The translations under genes and the position numbers were made by a program. DNA of 64,000 nucleotides. Origin: Auanema rhodensis (taxonomy: Eukaryota; Animalia; Nematoda). Where the stretch lies: the NCBI GenBank assembly GCA_964057225.1, contig OZ059896.1, positions 12,648,001 to 12,712,000 of the forward strand, given 5' to 3'. This document shows, one piece after another, positions 40,760 through 55,700 of the stretch (position 1 is the stretch's first letter; every line of letters starts with the position of its first letter). The notes under the pieces were generated by a model. It was given only the letters and a program-made list of their open reading frames with translations, was not told the DNA's origin and did not search any database.

Positions 40760-43700
40760 TATATTTAGAGCAAAACAAGTGCGGAAAAGTCGTTATCTCG
40801 TTAACATTAGTTTCACTGCCCAAAACTCTGTTTATTGTCACTCTACTTGCTATTTCGAGAGAAACGTTTACAGATGTATATGAATATTTACTACACTAGC
40901 AAGCAGAAGAAAACCTTATACTAGTTCATTGTTTTTTTTTAGTTTTTTTCGGTATATTTATTTTTTCACACTCAAATCGGCAAGCACCTGCTGCACATGT
41001 GCGAGCTATTCGAGTGACCGATGCCCAAACGAGCCACGCTTAGAAAATGAGGCTGACATAACACGTTTTTCACTCCTACCCAGATTGATTGCTTTAGAGA
41101 CATTTCTGTCTTATCTCATTATATTCTCTACTTTGACTTTGATTTTTCTAAAATTTCATTAATGTATAATTCAAAATATTATTTCTTGTGATCAGATTGT
41201 TAATCGTTATATCTGTAAACGTTCCTCTCGAAATAGCAAGTAGAGTGTTCAGTTGTACCCACTTAACAAAGAAAGTAGAAGAACATATATATTTAGAGCA
41301 AAAAAATGCGGAAAAGTCGTTATCTCGTTAACATCAGTTTCACTGCCCAAAACTCTGTTTATTGTCATTCTACTTGCTATTTCGAGAGAAACGTTCACAG
41401 ATATATATGAATATTTACTACACTAGCAAGCAGAAGAAAACCTTATACTACTTCATTGTTTTTTTTTAATTTTTTTCGGTATATTTGTTTTTTCACTGTC
41501 AAATCGGCAAACACCTGCTGCACATGTGCGAGCTATTCGGGTGACCGATGCTCAAACGAGCCACGCTTAGAAAATGAGGCTGACATAACACGTTTTTCAC
41601 TCCTACCCAGATTGATTGCTTTAGAGACATTTCTGTCTTATCTCATTATATTCTCTACTTTGACTTTGATTTTTCTAAAATTTCATTAATGTATAATTCA
41701 AAATATCATTTCTTGTGATCAGATTGTTAATCGTTATATCTGCAAACGTTTCTCTCGAAATAGCAAGTGGAGTGTTCAGTTGTACCCACTTAACAAAGAA
41801 AGTAGAAGAACATATATATTTAGAGCAAAAAAAGTGCGGAAAAGTCGTTATCTCGTTAACATCAGTTTCACTGTTCAAAACTCTGTTTATTGTCACTCTA
41901 CTTGCTATTTCGAGAGAAACGTTTACAGATATATATGAATATTTACTACACTAGCAAGCAGAAGAAAACCTTATACTAGTTCATTGTTTTTTTTTTAATT
42001 TTTTTCGGTATATTTATTTTTTCACTTTCAAATCGGCAACACTAGGAAGCAGAAGAAAACCTTATACTAGTTCATTGTTTTTTTTTTAAATTTTTTTCGG
42101 TATATTTTTTTTTTCACTGTCAAATCGACAATCACCTGCTGCACATGTGCGAGCTATTCGAGTGACCGATGCCCAAACGAGCCACGCTTAGAAAATGAGG
42201 CTGACATAACACGTTTTTCACTCCTACCCAGATTGATTGCTTTAGAGACATTTCTGTCTTATCTCATTATATTCTCTACTTTGACTTTGATTTTTCTAAA
42301 ATTTCATTAATGTATAATTCAAAATAATATTTCTTGTGATCAGATTGTTAATCGTTATATCTGTAAACGTTCCTCTCGAAATAGCAAGTAGAGTGTAAAG
42401 TTGTACCCACTTAACAAAGAAAGTAGAAGAACATATATATTTAGAGCAAAAAAAGTGCGGAAAAGTCGTTATCTCGTTAACATTAGTTTCACTGCCCAAA
42501 ACTCTGCTTATTGTCACTCTACTTGCTATTCCGAGAGAAACGTTCACAGATGTATATGAATATTTACTACACTAGCAAGCAGAAGAAAACCTTATACTAG
42601 TTCATTGTTTTTTTTGAAATTTTTTTCGGTATATTTATTTTTTCACTGTCAAATCGGCAAGCACCTGCTGCACATGTGCGAGCTATTCGAGTGACCGATG
42701 CCCAAACGAGCCACGCTTAGAAAATGAGGCTGACATAACACGTTTTTCACTCCTACCCAGATTGATTGCTTTAGAGACATTTCTGTCTTATCTCATTATA
42801 TTCTCTACTTTGACTTTGATTTTTCTAAAATTTCATTAATGTATAATTCAAAATATTATTTCTTGTGATCAGATTGTTAATCGTTATATCTGTAAACGTT
42901 CCTCTCGAAATAGCAAGTAGAGTGTTCAGTTGTACCCACTTAACAAAGAAAGTAGAAGAACATATATATTTAGAGCAAATAAAGTGCGGAAAAATCGTTA
43001 TCTCGTTAACATCAGTTTCACTGCCCAAAACTCTGTTTATTGTCATTCTACTTGCTATTTCGAGAGAAACGTTCACAGATATATATGAATATTCACTACA
43101 CTAGCAAGCAGAAGAAAACCTTATACTACTTCATTGTTTTTTTTTAATTTTTTTCGGTATATTTGTTTTTTCATTGTCAAATCGGCAAACACCTGCTGCA
43201 CATGTGCGAGCTATTCGGGTGACCGATGCTCAAACGAGCCACGCTTAGAAAATGAGGCTGACATAACACGTTTTTCACTCCTACCCAGATTGATTGCTTT
43301 AGAGACATTTCTGTCTTATCTCATTATATTCTCTACTTTGACTTTGATTTTTCTAAAATTTCATTAATGTATAATTCAAAATATCATTTCTTGTGATCAG
43401 ATTGTTAATCGTTATATCTGTAAACGTTTCTCTCGAAATAGCAAGTGGAGTGTTCAGTTGTACCCACTTAACAAAGAAAGTAGAAGAACATATATATTTA
43501 GAGCAAAAAAAGTGCGGAAAAGTCGTTATCTCGTTAACATCAGTTTCACTGTTCAAAACTCTGTTTATTGTCACTCTACTTGCTATTTCGAGAAAAACGT
43601 TTACAGATATATATGAATATTTACTACACTAGCAAGCAGAAGAAAACCTTATACTAGTTCATTGTTTTTTTTTAAATTTTTTTCGGTATATTTATTTTTT

Positions 43701-46700
43701 CACTTTCAAATCGGCAACACTAGCAAGCAGAAGAAAACCTTATACTAGTTCATTGTTTTTTTTTAATTTTTTTCGGTATATTTTTTTTTTCACTGTCAAA
43801 TCGACAAGCACCTGCTGCACATGTGCGAGCTATTCGAGTGACCGATGCCCGAACGAGCCATGCTTAGAAAATGAGGCTGACATAACACGTTTTTCACTCT
43901 TACCCAGATTGATTGCTTTAGAGACATTTCTGTCTTATCTCATTATATTCTCTACTTTGACTTTGATTTTTCTAAAATTTCATTAATGTATAATTCAAAA
44001 TATCCTTTCTTGTGATCAGATTGTTAATCGTTATATCTGTAAACGTTTCTCTCGAAATAGCAAGTAGAGTGTTCAGTTGTACCCACTTAACAAAGAAAGT
44101 AGAAGAACATATATATTTAGAGCAAAAAAGTGCGGAAAAGTCGTTATCTCGTTAACATTAGTTTCACTGCTCAAAACTCTGTTTATTGTCACTCTACTTG
44201 CTATTTCGAGAGAAACGTTTACAGATGTATATGAATATTTACTACACTAGCAAGCAGAAGAAAACCTTATACTAGTTCATTGTTTTTTTTTCGAAATTTT
44301 TTTCGGTATATTTATTTTTTCACTGTCAAATCGGCAAGCACCTGCTGCACATGTGCGAGCTATTCGAGTGACCGATGCCCAAACGAGCCACGCTTAGAAA
44401 ATGAGGCTGACATAACACGTTTTTCACTCCTACCCAGATTGATTGCTTTAGAGACATTTCTGTCTTATCTCATTATATTCTCTACTTTGACTTTGATTTT
44501 TCTAAAATTTCATTAATGTATAATTCAAAATATCATTTCTTGTGATCAGATTGTTAATCGTTATATCTGTAAACGTTTCTCTCGAAATAGCAAGTGGAGT
44601 GTTCAGTTGTACCCACTTAACAAAGAAAGTAGAAGAACATATATATTTAGAGCAAAAAAAGTGCGGAAAAGTCGTTATCTCGTTAACATCAGTTTCACTG
44701 TTCAAATCTCTGTTTATTGTCACTCTACTTGCTATTTCGAGAAAAACGTTTACAGATATATATGAATATTTACTACACTAGCAAGCAGAAGAAAACCTTA
44801 TACTAGTTCATTGTTTTTTTTTTAATTTTTTTCGGTATATTTATTTTTTCACTTTCAAATCGGCAACACTAGCAAGCAGAAGAAAACCTTATACTAGTTC
44901 ATTGTTTTTTTTTAATTTTTTTCGGTATATTTTTTTTTTCACTGTCAAATCGACAAGCACCTGCTGCACATGTGCGAGCTATTCGAGTGACCGATGCCCG
45001 AACGAGCCATGCTTAGAAAATGAGGCTGACATAACACGTTTTTCACTCTTACCCAGATTGATTGCTTTAGAGACATTTCTGTCTTATCTCATTATATTCT
45101 CTACTTTGACTTTGATTTTTCTAAAATTTCATTAATGTATAATTCAAAATATCCTTTCTTGTGATCAGATTGTTAATCGTTATATCTGTAAACGTTTCTC
45201 TCGAAATAGCAAGTAGAGTGTTCAGTTGTACCCACTTAACAAAGAAAGTAGAAGAACATATATATTTAGAGCAAAAAAGTGCGGAAAAGTCGTTATCTCG
45301 TTAACATTAGTTTCACTGCTCAAAACTCTGTTTATTGTCACTCTACTTGCTATTTCGAGAGAAACGTTTACAGATGTATATGAATATTTACTACACTAGC
45401 AAGCAGAAGAAAACCTTATACTAGTTCATTGTTTTTTTTTCGAAATTTTTTTCGGTATATTTATTTTTTCACTGTCAAATCGGCAAGCACCTGCTGCACA
45501 TGTGCGAGCTATTCGAGTGACCGATGCCCAAACGAGCCACGCTTAGAAAATGAGGCTGACATAACACGTTTTTCACTCCTACCCAGATTGATTGCTTTAG
45601 AGACATTTCTGTCTTATCTCATTATATTCTCTACTTTGACTTCGATTTTTCTAAAATTTCATTAATGTATAATTCAAAATATTATTTCTTGTGATCAGAT
45701 TGTTAATCGTTATATCTGTAAACGTTTCTCTCGAAATAGCAAGTAGAGTGTTCAGTTGTACTCACTTAACAAAGAAAGTAGAAGAACATATATATTTTGA
45801 GCAAAAAAAGTGCGGAAAAGTCGTTATCTCGTTAACATCAGTTTCACTGTTCAAAACTCTGTTTATTGTCTTTCTACTTGCTATTTCGAGAGAAACGTTT
45901 ACAGATATATATGAATATTTACTACACTAGCAAGCAGAAGAAAACCTTATACTAGTTCATTGTTTTTTTTTTAATTTTTTTCGGTATATTTATTTTTTCA
46001 CTGTCAAATCGGCAACACTAGCAAGCAGAAAAAAACCTTATACTAGTTCATTGTTTTTTTTTTAATTTTTTTCGGTATATTTATTTTTTCACTGTCAAAT
46101 GGGCAAGCACCTGCTGCACATGTGCGAGCTATTCGAGTGACCGATGCCCAAACGAGCCACGCTGAGAAAATGAGGCTGACATAACACGTTTTTCACTCCT
46201 ACCCAGATTGATTGCTTTAGAGACATTTCTGTCTTATCTCATTATATTCTCTACTTTGACTTTGATTTTTCTAAAATTTCATTAATGTAAAATTCAAAAT
46301 ATCATTTCTTGTGATGAGATTGTTAATCGTTATATCTGTAAACGTTTCTCTCAAAATAGCAAGTAGAGTGTTCAGTTGTACTCACTTAACAAAGAAAGTA
46401 GAAGAACATATATATTTTGAGCAAAAAAAGTGCGGAAAAGTCGTTATCTCGTTAACATCAGTTTCACTGTTCAAAACTCTGTTTATTGTCACTCTACTTG
46501 CTATTTCGAGAGAAACGTTTACAGATATATATGAATATTTACTACACTAGCAAGCAGAAGAAAACCTTATACTAGTTCATTGTTTTTTTTTAATTTTTTT
46601 CGGTATATTTATTTTTTCACTGTCAAATCGGCAACACTAGCAAGCAGAAAAAAACCTTATACTAGTTCATTGTTTTTTTTTTAATTTTTTTCGGTATATT

Positions 46701-49700
46701 TATTTTTTCACTGTCAAATGGGCAAGCACCTGCTGCACATGTGCGAGCTATTCGAGTGACCGATGCCCAAACGAGCCACGCTGAGAAAATGAGGCTGACA
46801 TAACACGTTTTTCACTCCTACCCAGATTGATTGCTTTAGAGACATTTCTGTCTTATCTCATTATATTCTCTACTTTGACTTTGATTTTTCTAAAATTTCA
46901 TTAATGTAAAATTCAAAATATCATTTCTTGTGATCAGATTGTTAATCGTTATATCTGTAAACGTTTCTCTCAAAATAGCAAGTAGAGTGTTCATTTGTAC
47001 CCACTCAACAAAGAAAGTAGAAGAACATATATATTTAGAGCAAAACAAGTGCGGAAAAGTCGTTATCTCGTTAACATCAGTTTCACTGCCCAAAACGCAG
47101 TTTATTGTCATTCTACTTGCTATTTCGAGAGATACGTTTACAGATGTATATGAATATTTACTACACTAGCAAGCAGAAGAAAACCTTATACTAGTTCATT
47201 GTTTTTTTTCGAAATTTTTTTCGGTATATTTATTTTTTCACTTTCAAATCGGCAACACTAGCAAGCAGAAGAAAACCTTGTACTAGTTCATTGTTTTTTT
47301 TTAATTTTTTTCGGTATATTTTTTTTTTCACTGTCAAATCGACAAGCACCTGCTGCACATGTGCGAGCTATTCGAGTGACCGATGCCCGAACGAGCCATG
47401 CTTAGAAAATGAGGCTGACATAACACGTTTTTCACTCTTACCCAGATTGATTGCTTTAGAGACATTTCTGTCTTATCTCATTATATTCTCTACTTTGACT
47501 TTGATTTTTCTAAAATTTCATTAATGTATAATTCAAAATATCCTTTCTTGTGATCAGATTGTTAATCGTTATATCTGTAAACGTTTCTCTCGAAATAGCA
47601 AGTAGAGTGTTCAGTTGTACCCACTTAACAAAGAAAGTAGAAGAACATATATATTTAGAGCAAAAAAGTGCGGAAAAGTCGTTATCTCGTTAACATTAGT
47701 TTCACTGCTCAAAACTCTGTTTATTGTCACTCTACTTGCTATTTCGAGAGAAACGTTTACAGATGTATATGAATATTTACTACACTAGCAAGCAGAAGAA
47801 AACCTTATACTAGTTCATTGTTTTTTTTTCGAAATTTTTTTCGGTATATTTATTTTTTCACTGTCAAATCGGCAAGCACCTGCTGCACATGTGCGAGCTA
47901 TTCGAGTGACCGATGCCCAAACGAGCCACGCTTAGAAAATGAGGCTGACATAACACGTTTTTCACTCCTACCCAGATTGATTGCTTTAGAGACATTTCTG
48001 TCTTATCTCATTATATTCTCTACTTTGACTTCGATTTTTCTAAAATTTCATTAATGTATAATTCAAAATATTATTTCTTGTGATCAGATTGTTAATCGTT
48101 ATATCTGTAAACGTTTCTCTCGAAATAGCAAGTAGAGTGTTCAGTTGTACTCACTTAACAAAGAAAGTAGAAGAACATATATATTTTGAGCAAAAAAAGT
48201 GCGGAAAAGTCGTTATCTCGTTAACATCAGTTTCACTGTTCAAAACTCTGTTTATTGTCACTCTACTTGCTATTTCGAGAGAAACGTTTACAGATATATA
48301 TGAATATTTACTACACTAGCAAGCAGAAGAAAACCTTATATCAGTTCATTGTTTTTTTTTAATTTTTTTCGGTATATTTATTTTTTCACTGTCAAATCGG
48401 CAACACTAGCAAGCAGAAAAAAACCTTATACTAGTTCATTGTTTTTTTTTTAATTTTTTTCGGTATATTTATTTTTTCACTGTCAAATGGGCAAGCACCT
48501 GCTGCACATGTGCGAGCTATTCGAGTGACCGATGCCCAAACGAGCCACGCTTAGAAAATGAGGCTGACATAACACGTTTTTCACTCCTACCCAGATTGAT
48601 TGCTTTAGAGACATTTCTGTCTTATCTCATTATATTCTCTACTTTGACTTTGATTTTTCTAAAATTTCATTAATGTAAAATTCAAAATATCATTTCTTGT
48701 GATCAGATTGTTAATCGTTATATCTGTAAACGTTTCTCTCAAAATAGCAAGTAGAGTGTTCATTTGTACCCACTCAACAAAGAAAGTAGAAGAACATATA
48801 TATTTAGAGCAAAAAAAGTGCGGAAAAGTCGTTATCTCGTTAACATCAGTTTCACTGCCCAAAACGCAGTTTATTGTCATTCTACTTGCTATTTCGAGAG
48901 ATACGTTTACAGATGTATATGAATATTTACTACACTAGCAAGCAGAAGAAAACCTTATACTAGTTCATTGTTTTTTTTTAAATTTTTTTCGGTATATTTA
49001 TTTTTTCACTGTCAAATGGGCAAGCACCTGCTGCACATGTGCGAGCTATTCGAGTGACCGATGCCCAAACGAGCCACGCTGAGAAAATGAGGCTGACATA
49101 ACACGTTTTTCACTCCTACCCAGATTGATTGCTTTAGAGACATTTCTGTCTTATCTCATTATATTCTCTACTTTGACTTTGATTTTTCTAAAATTTCATT
49201 AATGTAAAATTCAAAATATCATTTCTTGTGATCAGATTGTTAATCGTTATATCTGTAAACGTTTCTCTCAAAATAGCAAGTAGAGTGTTCATTTGTACCC
49301 ACTCAACAAAGAAAGTAGAAGAACATATATATTTAGAGCAAAAAAAGTGCGGAAAAGTCGTTATCTCGTTAACATCAGTTTCACTGCCCAAAACGCAGTT
49401 TATTGTCATTCTACTTGCTATTTCGAGAGATACGTTTACAGATGTATATGAATATTTACTACACTAGCAAGCAGAAGAAAACCTTATACTAGTTCATTGT
49501 TTTTTTTCGAAATTTTTTTCGGTATATTTATTTTTTCACTTTCAAATCGGCAACACTAGCAAGTAGAAGAAAACCTTATACTAGTTCATTGTTTTTTTTT
49601 AATTTTTTTCGGTATATTTTTTTTTTCACTGTCAAATCGACAAGCACCTGCTGCACATGTGCGAGCTATTCGAGTGACCGATGCCCGAACGAGCCATGCT

Positions 49701-52700
49701 TAGAAAATGAGGCTGACATAACACGTTTTTCACTCTTACCCAGATTGATTGCTTTAGAGACATTTCTGTCTTATCTCATTATATTCTCTACTTTGACTTT
49801 GATTTTTCTAAAATTTCATTAATGTATAATTCAAAATATCCTTTCTTGTGATCAGATTGTTAATCGTTATATCTGTAAACGTTTCTCTCGAAATAGCAAG
49901 TAGAGTGTTCAGTTGTACCCACTTAACAAAGAAAGTAGAAGAACATATATATTTAGAGCAAAAAAGTGCGGAAAAGTCGTTATCTCGTTAACATTAGTTT
50001 CACTGCTCAAAACTCTGTTTATTGTCACTCTACTTGCTATTTCGAGAGAAACGTTTACAGATGTATATGAATATTTACTACACTAGCAAGCAGAAGAAAA
50101 CCTTATACTAGTTCATTGTTTTTTTTTCGAAATTTTTTTCGGTATATTTATTTTTTCACTGTCAAATCGGCAAGCACCTGCTGCACATGTGCGAGCTATT
50201 CGAGTGACCGATGCCCAAACGAGCCACGCTTAGAAAATGAGGCTGACATAACACGTTTTTCACTCCTACCCAGATTGATTGCTTTAGAGACATTTCTGTC
50301 TTATCTCATTATATTCTCTACTTTGACTTCGATTTTTCTAAAATTTCATTAATGTATAATTCAAAATATTATTTCTTGTGATCAGATTGTTAATCGTTAT
50401 ATCTGTAAACGTTTCTCTCGAAATAGCAAGTAGAGTGTTCAGTTGTACTCACTTAACAAAGAAAGTAGAAGAACATATATATTTTGAGCAAAAAAAGTGC
50501 GGAAAAGTCGTTATCTCGTTAACATCAGTTTCACTGTTCAAAACTCTGTTTATTGTCACTCTACTTGCTATTTCGAGAGAAACGTTTACAGATATATATG
50601 AATATTTACTACACTAGCAAGCAGAAGAAAACCTTATACTAGTTCATTGTTTTTTTTTAATTTTTTTCGGTATATTTATTTTTTCACTGTCAAATCGGCA
50701 ACACTAGCAAGCAGAAAAAAACCTTATACTAGTTCATTGTTTTTTTTTTAATTTTTTTCGGTATATTTATTTTTTCACTGTCAAATGGGCAAGCACCTGC
50801 TGCACATGTGCGAGCTATTCGAGTGACCGATGCCCAAACGAGCCACGCTGAGAAAATGAGGCTGACATAACACGTTTTTCACTCCTACCCAGATTGATTG
50901 CTTTAGAGACATTTCTGTCTTATCTCATTATATTCTCTACTTTGACTTTGATTTTTCTAAAATTTCATTAATGTAAAATTCAAAATATCATTTCTTGTGA
51001 TCAGATTGTTAATCGTTATATCTGTAAACGTTTCTCTCAAAATAGCAAGTAGAGTGTTCATTTGTACCCACTCAACAAAGAAAGTAGAAGAACATATATA
51101 TTTAGAGCAAAAAAAGTGCGGAAAAGTCGTTATCTCGTTAACATCAGTTTCACTGCCCAAAACGCAGTTTATTGTCATTCTACTTGCTATTTCGAGAGAT
51201 ACGTTTACAGATGTATATGAATATTTACTACACTAGCAAGCAGAAGAAAACCTTATACTAGTTCATTGTTTTTTTTCGAAATTTTTTTCGGTATATTTAT
51301 TTTTTCACTTTCAAATCGGCAACACTAGCAAGCAGAAGAAAACCTTATACTAGTTCATTGTTTTTTTTTAATTTTTTTCGGTATATTTTTTTTTTCACTG
51401 TCAAATCGACAAGCACCTGCTGCACATGTGCGAGCTATTCGAGTGACCGATGCCCGAACGAGCCATGCTTAGAAAATGAGGCTGACATAACACGTTTTTC
51501 ACTCTTACCCAGATTGATTGCTTTAGAGACATTTCTGTCTTATCTCATTATATTCTCTACTTTGACTTTGATTTTTCTAAAATTTCATTAATGTATAATT
51601 CAAAATATCCTTTCTTGTGATCAGATTGTTAATCGTTATATCTGTAAACGTTTCTCTCGAAATAGCAAGTAGAGTGTTCAGTTGTACTCACTTAACAAAG
51701 AAAGTAGAAGAACATATATATTTTGAGCAAAAAAAGTGCGGAAAAGTCGTTATCTCGTTAACATCAGTTTCACTGTTCAAAACTCTGTTTATTGTCACTC
51801 TACTTGCTATTTCGAGAGAAACGTTTACAGATATATATGAATATTTACTACACTAGCAAGCAGAAGAAAACCTTATACTAGTTCATTGTTTTTTTTTAAT
51901 TTTTTTCGGTATATTTATTTTTTCACTGTCAAATCGGCAACACTAGCAAGCAGAAAAAAACCTTATACTAGTTCATTGTTTTTTTTTTAATTTTTTTCGG
52001 TATATTTATTTTTTCACTGTCAAATGGGCAAGCACCTGCTGCACATGTGCGAGCTATTCGAGTGACCGATGCCCAAACGAGCCACGCTGAGAAAATGAGG
52101 CTGACATAACACGTTTTTCACTCCTACCCAGATTGATTGCTTTAGAGACATTTCTGTCTTATCTCATTATATTCTCTACTTTGACTTTGATTTTTCTAAA
52201 ATTTCATTAATGTAAAATTCAAAATATCATTTCTTGTGATCAGATTGTTAATCGTTATATCTGTAAACGTTTCTCTCAAAATAGCAAGTAGAGTGTTCAT
52301 TTGTACCCACTCAACAAAGAAAGTAGAAGAACATATATATTTAGAGCAAAAAAAGTGCGGAAAAGTCGTTATCTCGTTAACATCAGTTTCACTGCCCAAA
52401 ACGCAGTTTATTGTCATTCTACTTGCTATTTCGAGAGATACGTTTACAGATGTATATGAATATTTACTACACTAGCAAGCAGAAGAAAACCTTATACTAG
52501 TTCATTGTTTTTTTTCGAAATTTTTTTCGGTATATTTATTTTTTCACTTTCAAATCGGCAACACTAGCAAGCAGAAGAAAACCTTATACTAGTTCATTGT
52601 TTTTTTTTAATTTTTTTCGGTATATTTTTTTTTTCACTGTCAAATCGACAAGCACCTGCTGCACATGTGCGAGCTATTCGAGTGACCGATGCCCGAACGA

Positions 52701-55700
52701 GCCATGCTTAGAAAATGAGGCTGACATAACACGTTTTTCACTCTTACCCAGATTGATTGCTTTAGAGACATTTCTGTCTTATCTCATTATATTCTCTACT
52801 TTGACTTTGATTTTTCTAAAATTTCATTAATGTATAATTCAAAATATCCTTTCTTGTGATCAGATTGTTAATCGTTATATCTGTATACGTTTCTCTCGAA
52901 ATAGCAAGTAGAGTGTTCAGTTGTACCCACTTAACAAAGAAAGTAGAAGAACATATATATTTAGAGCAAAAAAGTGCGGAAAAGTCGTTATCTCGTTAAC
53001 ATTAGTTTCACTGCTCAAAACTCTGTTTATTGTCACTCTACTTGCTATTTCGAGAGAAACGTTTACAGATGTATATGAGTATTTACTACACTAGCAAGCA
53101 GAAGAAAACCTTATACTAGTTCATTGTTTTTTTTTCGAAATTTTTTTCGGTATATTTATTTTTTCACTGTCAAATCGGCAAGCACCTGCTGCACATGTGC
53201 GAGCTATTCGAGTGACCGATGCCCAAACGAGCCACGCTTAGAAAATGAGGCTGACATAACACGTTTTTCACTCCTACCCAGATTGATTGCTTTAGAGACA
53301 TTTCTGTCTTATCTCATTATATTCTCTACTTTGACTTCGATTTTTCTAAAATTTCATTAATGTATAATTCAAAATATTATTTCTTGTGATCAGATTGTTA
53401 ATCGTTATATCTGTAAACGTTTCTCTCGAAATAGCAAGTAGAGTGTTCAGTTGTACTCACTTAACAAAGAAAGTAGAAGAACATATATATTTTGAGCAAA
53501 AAAAGTGCGGAAAAGTCGTTATCTCGTTAACATCAGTTTCACTGTTCAAAACTCTGTTTATTGTCACTCTACTTGCTATTTCGAGAGAAACGTTTACAGA
53601 TATATATGAATATTTACTACACTAGCAAGCAGAAGAAAACCTTATACTAGTTCATTGTTTTTTTTTAATTTTTTTCGGTATATTTATTTTTTCACTGTCA
53701 AATCGGCAACACTAGCAAGCAGAAAAAAACCTTATACTAGTTCATTGTTTTTTTTTTTAATTTTTTTCGGTATATTTATTTTTTCACTGTCAAATGGGCA
53801 AGCACCTGCTGCACATGTGCGAGCTATTCGAGTGACCGATGCCCAAACGAGCCACGCTGAGAAAATGAGGCTGACATAACACGTTTTTCACTCCTACCCA
53901 GATTGATTGCTTTAGAGACATTTCTGTCTTATCTCATTATATTCTCTACTTTGACTTTGATTTTTCTAAAATTTCATTAATGTATAATTCAAAATATCAT
54001 TTCTTGTGATCAGATTGTTAATCGTTATATCTGTAAACGTTTCTCTCGAAATAGCAAGTGGAGTGTTCAGTTGTACCCACTTAACAAAGAAAGTAGAAGA
54101 ACATATATATTTAGAGCAAAAAAAGTGCGGAAAAGTCGTTATCTCGTTAACATTAGTTTCACTGCTCAAAACTCTGTTTATTGTCACTCTACTTGCTATT
54201 TCGAGAGAAACGTTTAGAGATGTATATGAATATTTACTACACTAGCAAGCAGAAGAAAACCTTATACTAGTTCATTGTTTTTTTTCAAATTTTTTTCGGT
54301 ATATTTATTTTTTCACTGTCAAATCGGCAACACTAGCAAGCAGAAGAAAACCTTATACTAGTTCATTGTTTTTTTTTAATTTTTTTCGGTATATTTATTT
54401 TTTCACTGTCAAATGGGCAAGCACCTGCTGCACATGTGCGAGCTATTCGAGTGACCGATGCCCAAACGAGCCACGCTGAGAAAATGAGGCTGACATAACA
54501 CGTTTTTCACTCCTACCCAGATTGATTGCTTTAGAGGCATTTCTGTCTTATCTCATTATATTCTCTACTTTGACTTTGATTTTTCTAAAATTTCATTAAT
54601 GTATAATTCAAAATATCATTTCTTGTGATCAGATTGTTAATCGTTATATCTGTAAACGTTTCTCTCGAAATAGCAAGTAGAGTGTTCAGTTGTACCCACT
54701 TAACAAAGAAAGTAGAAGAACATATATATTTAGAGCAAAAAAAGTGCGGAAAAGTCGTTATCTCGTTAACATTAGTTTCACTGCTCAAAACTTTGTTTAT
54801 TGTCACTCTACTTGCTATTTCGAGAGAAACGTTTACAGATGTATATGAATATTTACTACACTAGCAAGCAGAAGAAAACCTTATACTAGTTCATTGTTTT
54901 TTTTTCGAAATTTTTTTCGGTATATTTATTTTTTCACTGTCAAATTGGCAAGCACCTGCTGCACATGTGCGAGCTATTCGAGTGACCGATGCCCAAACGA
55001 GCCACGCTTAGAAAATGAGGCTGACATAACACGTTTTTCACTCCTACCCAGATTGATTGCTTTAGAGACATTTCTGTCTTATCTCATTATATTCTCTACT
55101 TTGACTTCGATTTTTCTAAAATTTCATTAATGCATAATTCAAAATATTATTTCTTGTGATCAGATTGTTAATCGTTATATCTGTAAACGTTTCTCTCGAA
55201 ATAGCAAGTAGAGTGTTCAGTTGTACTCACTTAACAAAGAAAGTAAAAGAACATATATATTTTGAGCAAAAAAAGTGCGGAAAAGTCGTTATCTCGTTAA
55301 CATCAGTTTCACTGTTCAAAACTCTGTTTATTGTCACTCTACTTGCTATTTCGAGAGAAACGTTTACAGATATATATGAATATTTACTACACTAGCAAGC
55401 AGAAGAAAACCTTATACTAGTTCATTGTTTTTTTTTAATTTTTTTCGGTATATTTATTTTTTCACTGTCAAATCGGCAACACTAGCAAGCAGAAAAAAAC
55501 CTTATACTAGTTCATTGTTTTTTTTTTAATTTTTTTCGGTATATTTATTTTTTCACTGTCAAATGGGCAAGCACCTGCTGCACATGTGCGAGCTATTCGA
55601 GTGACCGATGCCCAAACGAGCCACGCTGAGAAAATGAGGCTGACATAACACGTTTTTCACTCCTACCCAGATTGATTGCTTTAGAGACATTTCTGTCTTA

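Noticed and set aside
47030-47055. Empty monomer with the CAAAACAAG SNP otherwise seen just right of each Tc1
   Set aside because: Surrounding haplotype is the right-zone subfamily. Recurrent mutation in an A-run or short conversion suffices; not evidence of precise excision.
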